A DNA stretch of 62,783 bases from assembly GCF_000002075.1 (NCBI RefSeq), contig NW_004798019.1, positions 279,166 through 341,948 of the forward strand, given 5' to 3'. The DNA comes from Aplysia californica. Lineage: Eukaryota. Below the pieces are notes generated by a model. It saw nothing but the letters and a program-made list of their open reading frames with translations, was not told where the DNA came from and ran no database searches. Shown here piece by piece: positions 61,208-62,783 of this stretch. Every line of letters starts with the position of its first letter. Within the stretch, counting starts at the first letter, position 1. A program made the position numbers and the translations under genes.

Positions 61208-62676
61208 GTAAAGTAACCCAGGTTCATCCTTTTTTTTTTTTTTTCTTTTTCTATCAGGGGTGGTTGGAAGGTACCATAGATAGACTAGTACTAATTAATA
61301 AAATTGGATAACTAATGGAAATTTGAGATACTATGGTCTGTTGTCTGACAAATAAGTAGGTTTTACTTTTAATGATCACCATTATTCATAATGTTGGAGG
61401 GGTATTGGATTTCATGTCAGTCTACATTGGGGGGAGGGGGGGGGTGTCACCAAACTATGATCTCTCTCAGTTTATCTCTCTCTCTATTGTCTCATTATTG
61501 TCAACTGTCTTCAAGCTTATGTAACCTATCTGCGCATCCTTTGACTTCCATCTGAACAGTTAATTGTTAAAGATGAGTGAGAGATATAGCTTCAATTGAA
61601 TTATTGCATGCAGCTTTACCCAGAGATGCCAATTTTCCAGGTAGTTCCGGAAGTCGGGCTTTCTGAAATTATCGGGATATTGAAATTTAAATATTTTATC
61701 TTTTAAAGTTGTCTTGATACAAGAAGAATACAGTATACAATATGATCTGTAATTTTTGAGTCCCCAAGCACATGATTCTATGGGATCCAAAAAGTTCAGA
61801 ATTTTTTTTCATAGCCAGTTGGCTTGTCTGCTGTTTATCTCAGTTCTTGACCTTCAAGTGTATAGGTTTTTGTTTATCACCATTTTTATAACCAGTGCAA
61901 AAATTATATGATTATAACTAAAGCCACCTGGCAACCTGTGGCTCTTGTGATTAATTCATGAATCCTGAAATCTTTGAATAATTACTTTGTTAAAATATGT
62001 AGATAGTGCTGAAATTTAAGTTTTATTTTGGGTGATGAAGGTGAATTGGCTGGCTGAACTGAATTCATGACGTCTTTGTTATGCACATAATTCATCAGTA
62101 AGTGTGGGTGATGACTGTATTTACATAAATTCTTAACAGGGCCTTGGTATAACAGTAAAGTTTATATCATAAACTGTAACAGTATTGCATCCATTGTACC
62201 AGATTCCCCATCATTATGGGCTATGAATTTTCCCTCCTTTAATGATGTAAATTGGTGTGGGGAACAGCAGAAGAGATTCCTCTTGAATTATGTAGTACTT
62301 TATGCAAAGTTGCCAGTATTTGTGAGACTCGCTGACGTATGTGTGTAAAATATTTAGGTTGAATTTGTACAAAATATCAGAATGAAATGATAAAAGACAT
62401 CATGTTTTACTTGAAGAAAATGGAATCTAGATGGGTTCTCCATCTCCATTCGCTGATTGTGAGAAGTTACTCATTTTGTCAGCGCGCCTCACATTTGGCA
62501 ATTCACCTACATGTCATCTGTCCCTTTAGTTTAACAGTTTTTTGGTTTGTCATTAGGCCTTTACTTTGATGATTTTGATTGTAAAAGCACTATATTGAAG
62601 ATGAGGATGAAAAAAGTGAAGAAAGAAGGATTATGTTGCAATTAATTTATGGTAGTTAGAAATAAACCTTTGATGT

Positions 62677-62783
62677 GGCGTCGGTGGCCTAGTGGTTAGG
62701 CTCTCGGACTCGCAACCGTAAGGTCGTGGGTTCGAATCCCGTGAAGGGCCCGACGTTGTGTCCTTGGGAAAGGCACTTTACAC
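62677..62783 (+). mobile_element. tRNA-derived SINE head (runs off the window end)
   Basis: A box TGGCCTAGTGG and B box GGTTCGAATCC, followed by gttgtgtccttgggaaaggcacttta instead of a tRNA acceptor stem and terminator. Confidence 0.85.

Noticed and set aside
62677-62750. Possible tRNA gene
   Set aside because: A and B boxes are present, but there is no proper acceptor stem and it runs into a SINE body; a diverged second copy lies at 59020-59228.

Overview
Repeat-rich genomic DNA from an invertebrate animal (probably lophotrochozoan; inference only), with GT-AG spliced genes and four N gaps (5761-5923, 27752-27942, 53014-53201, 60297-60734). Five genes can be read by hand. (1) The 3' part of a + strand gene with an IgGFc-binding-protein N-terminal domain and a C-terminal PAN/Apple-like domain. 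(2) A complete 8-exon glutathione S-transferase kappa gene (GSTK1, - strand, 223 aa, ending in PTS1 SKL). (3) An intronless 910-aa ORF (- strand) whose N-terminal ~165 aa resemble a Ty3/Gypsy Gag capsid domain, fused to 10 C2H2 zinc fingers with a PxVxL motif between them. This is the most interesting item: an apparently domesticated Gag-zinc-finger gene, analogous to SCAN-ZNFs. (4) A complete 7-exon YEATS4/GAS41 gene (- strand, 226 aa). (5) One coding exon of a divergent SLC7 cationic amino-acid transporter, head-to-head with YEATS4. Introns and intergenic DNA hold RTE-clade LINE fragments, tRNA-derived SINEs, a strand-biased ~170-bp retro-tail repeat, several non-autonomous DNA transposons (TA, TTAA, 8-bp and two unusual 6-bp TSDs), a two-monomer ~210-bp satellite and promoter-proximal (TAGATC)n tracts. 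No database searches were run; family assignments rest on recognised motifs.
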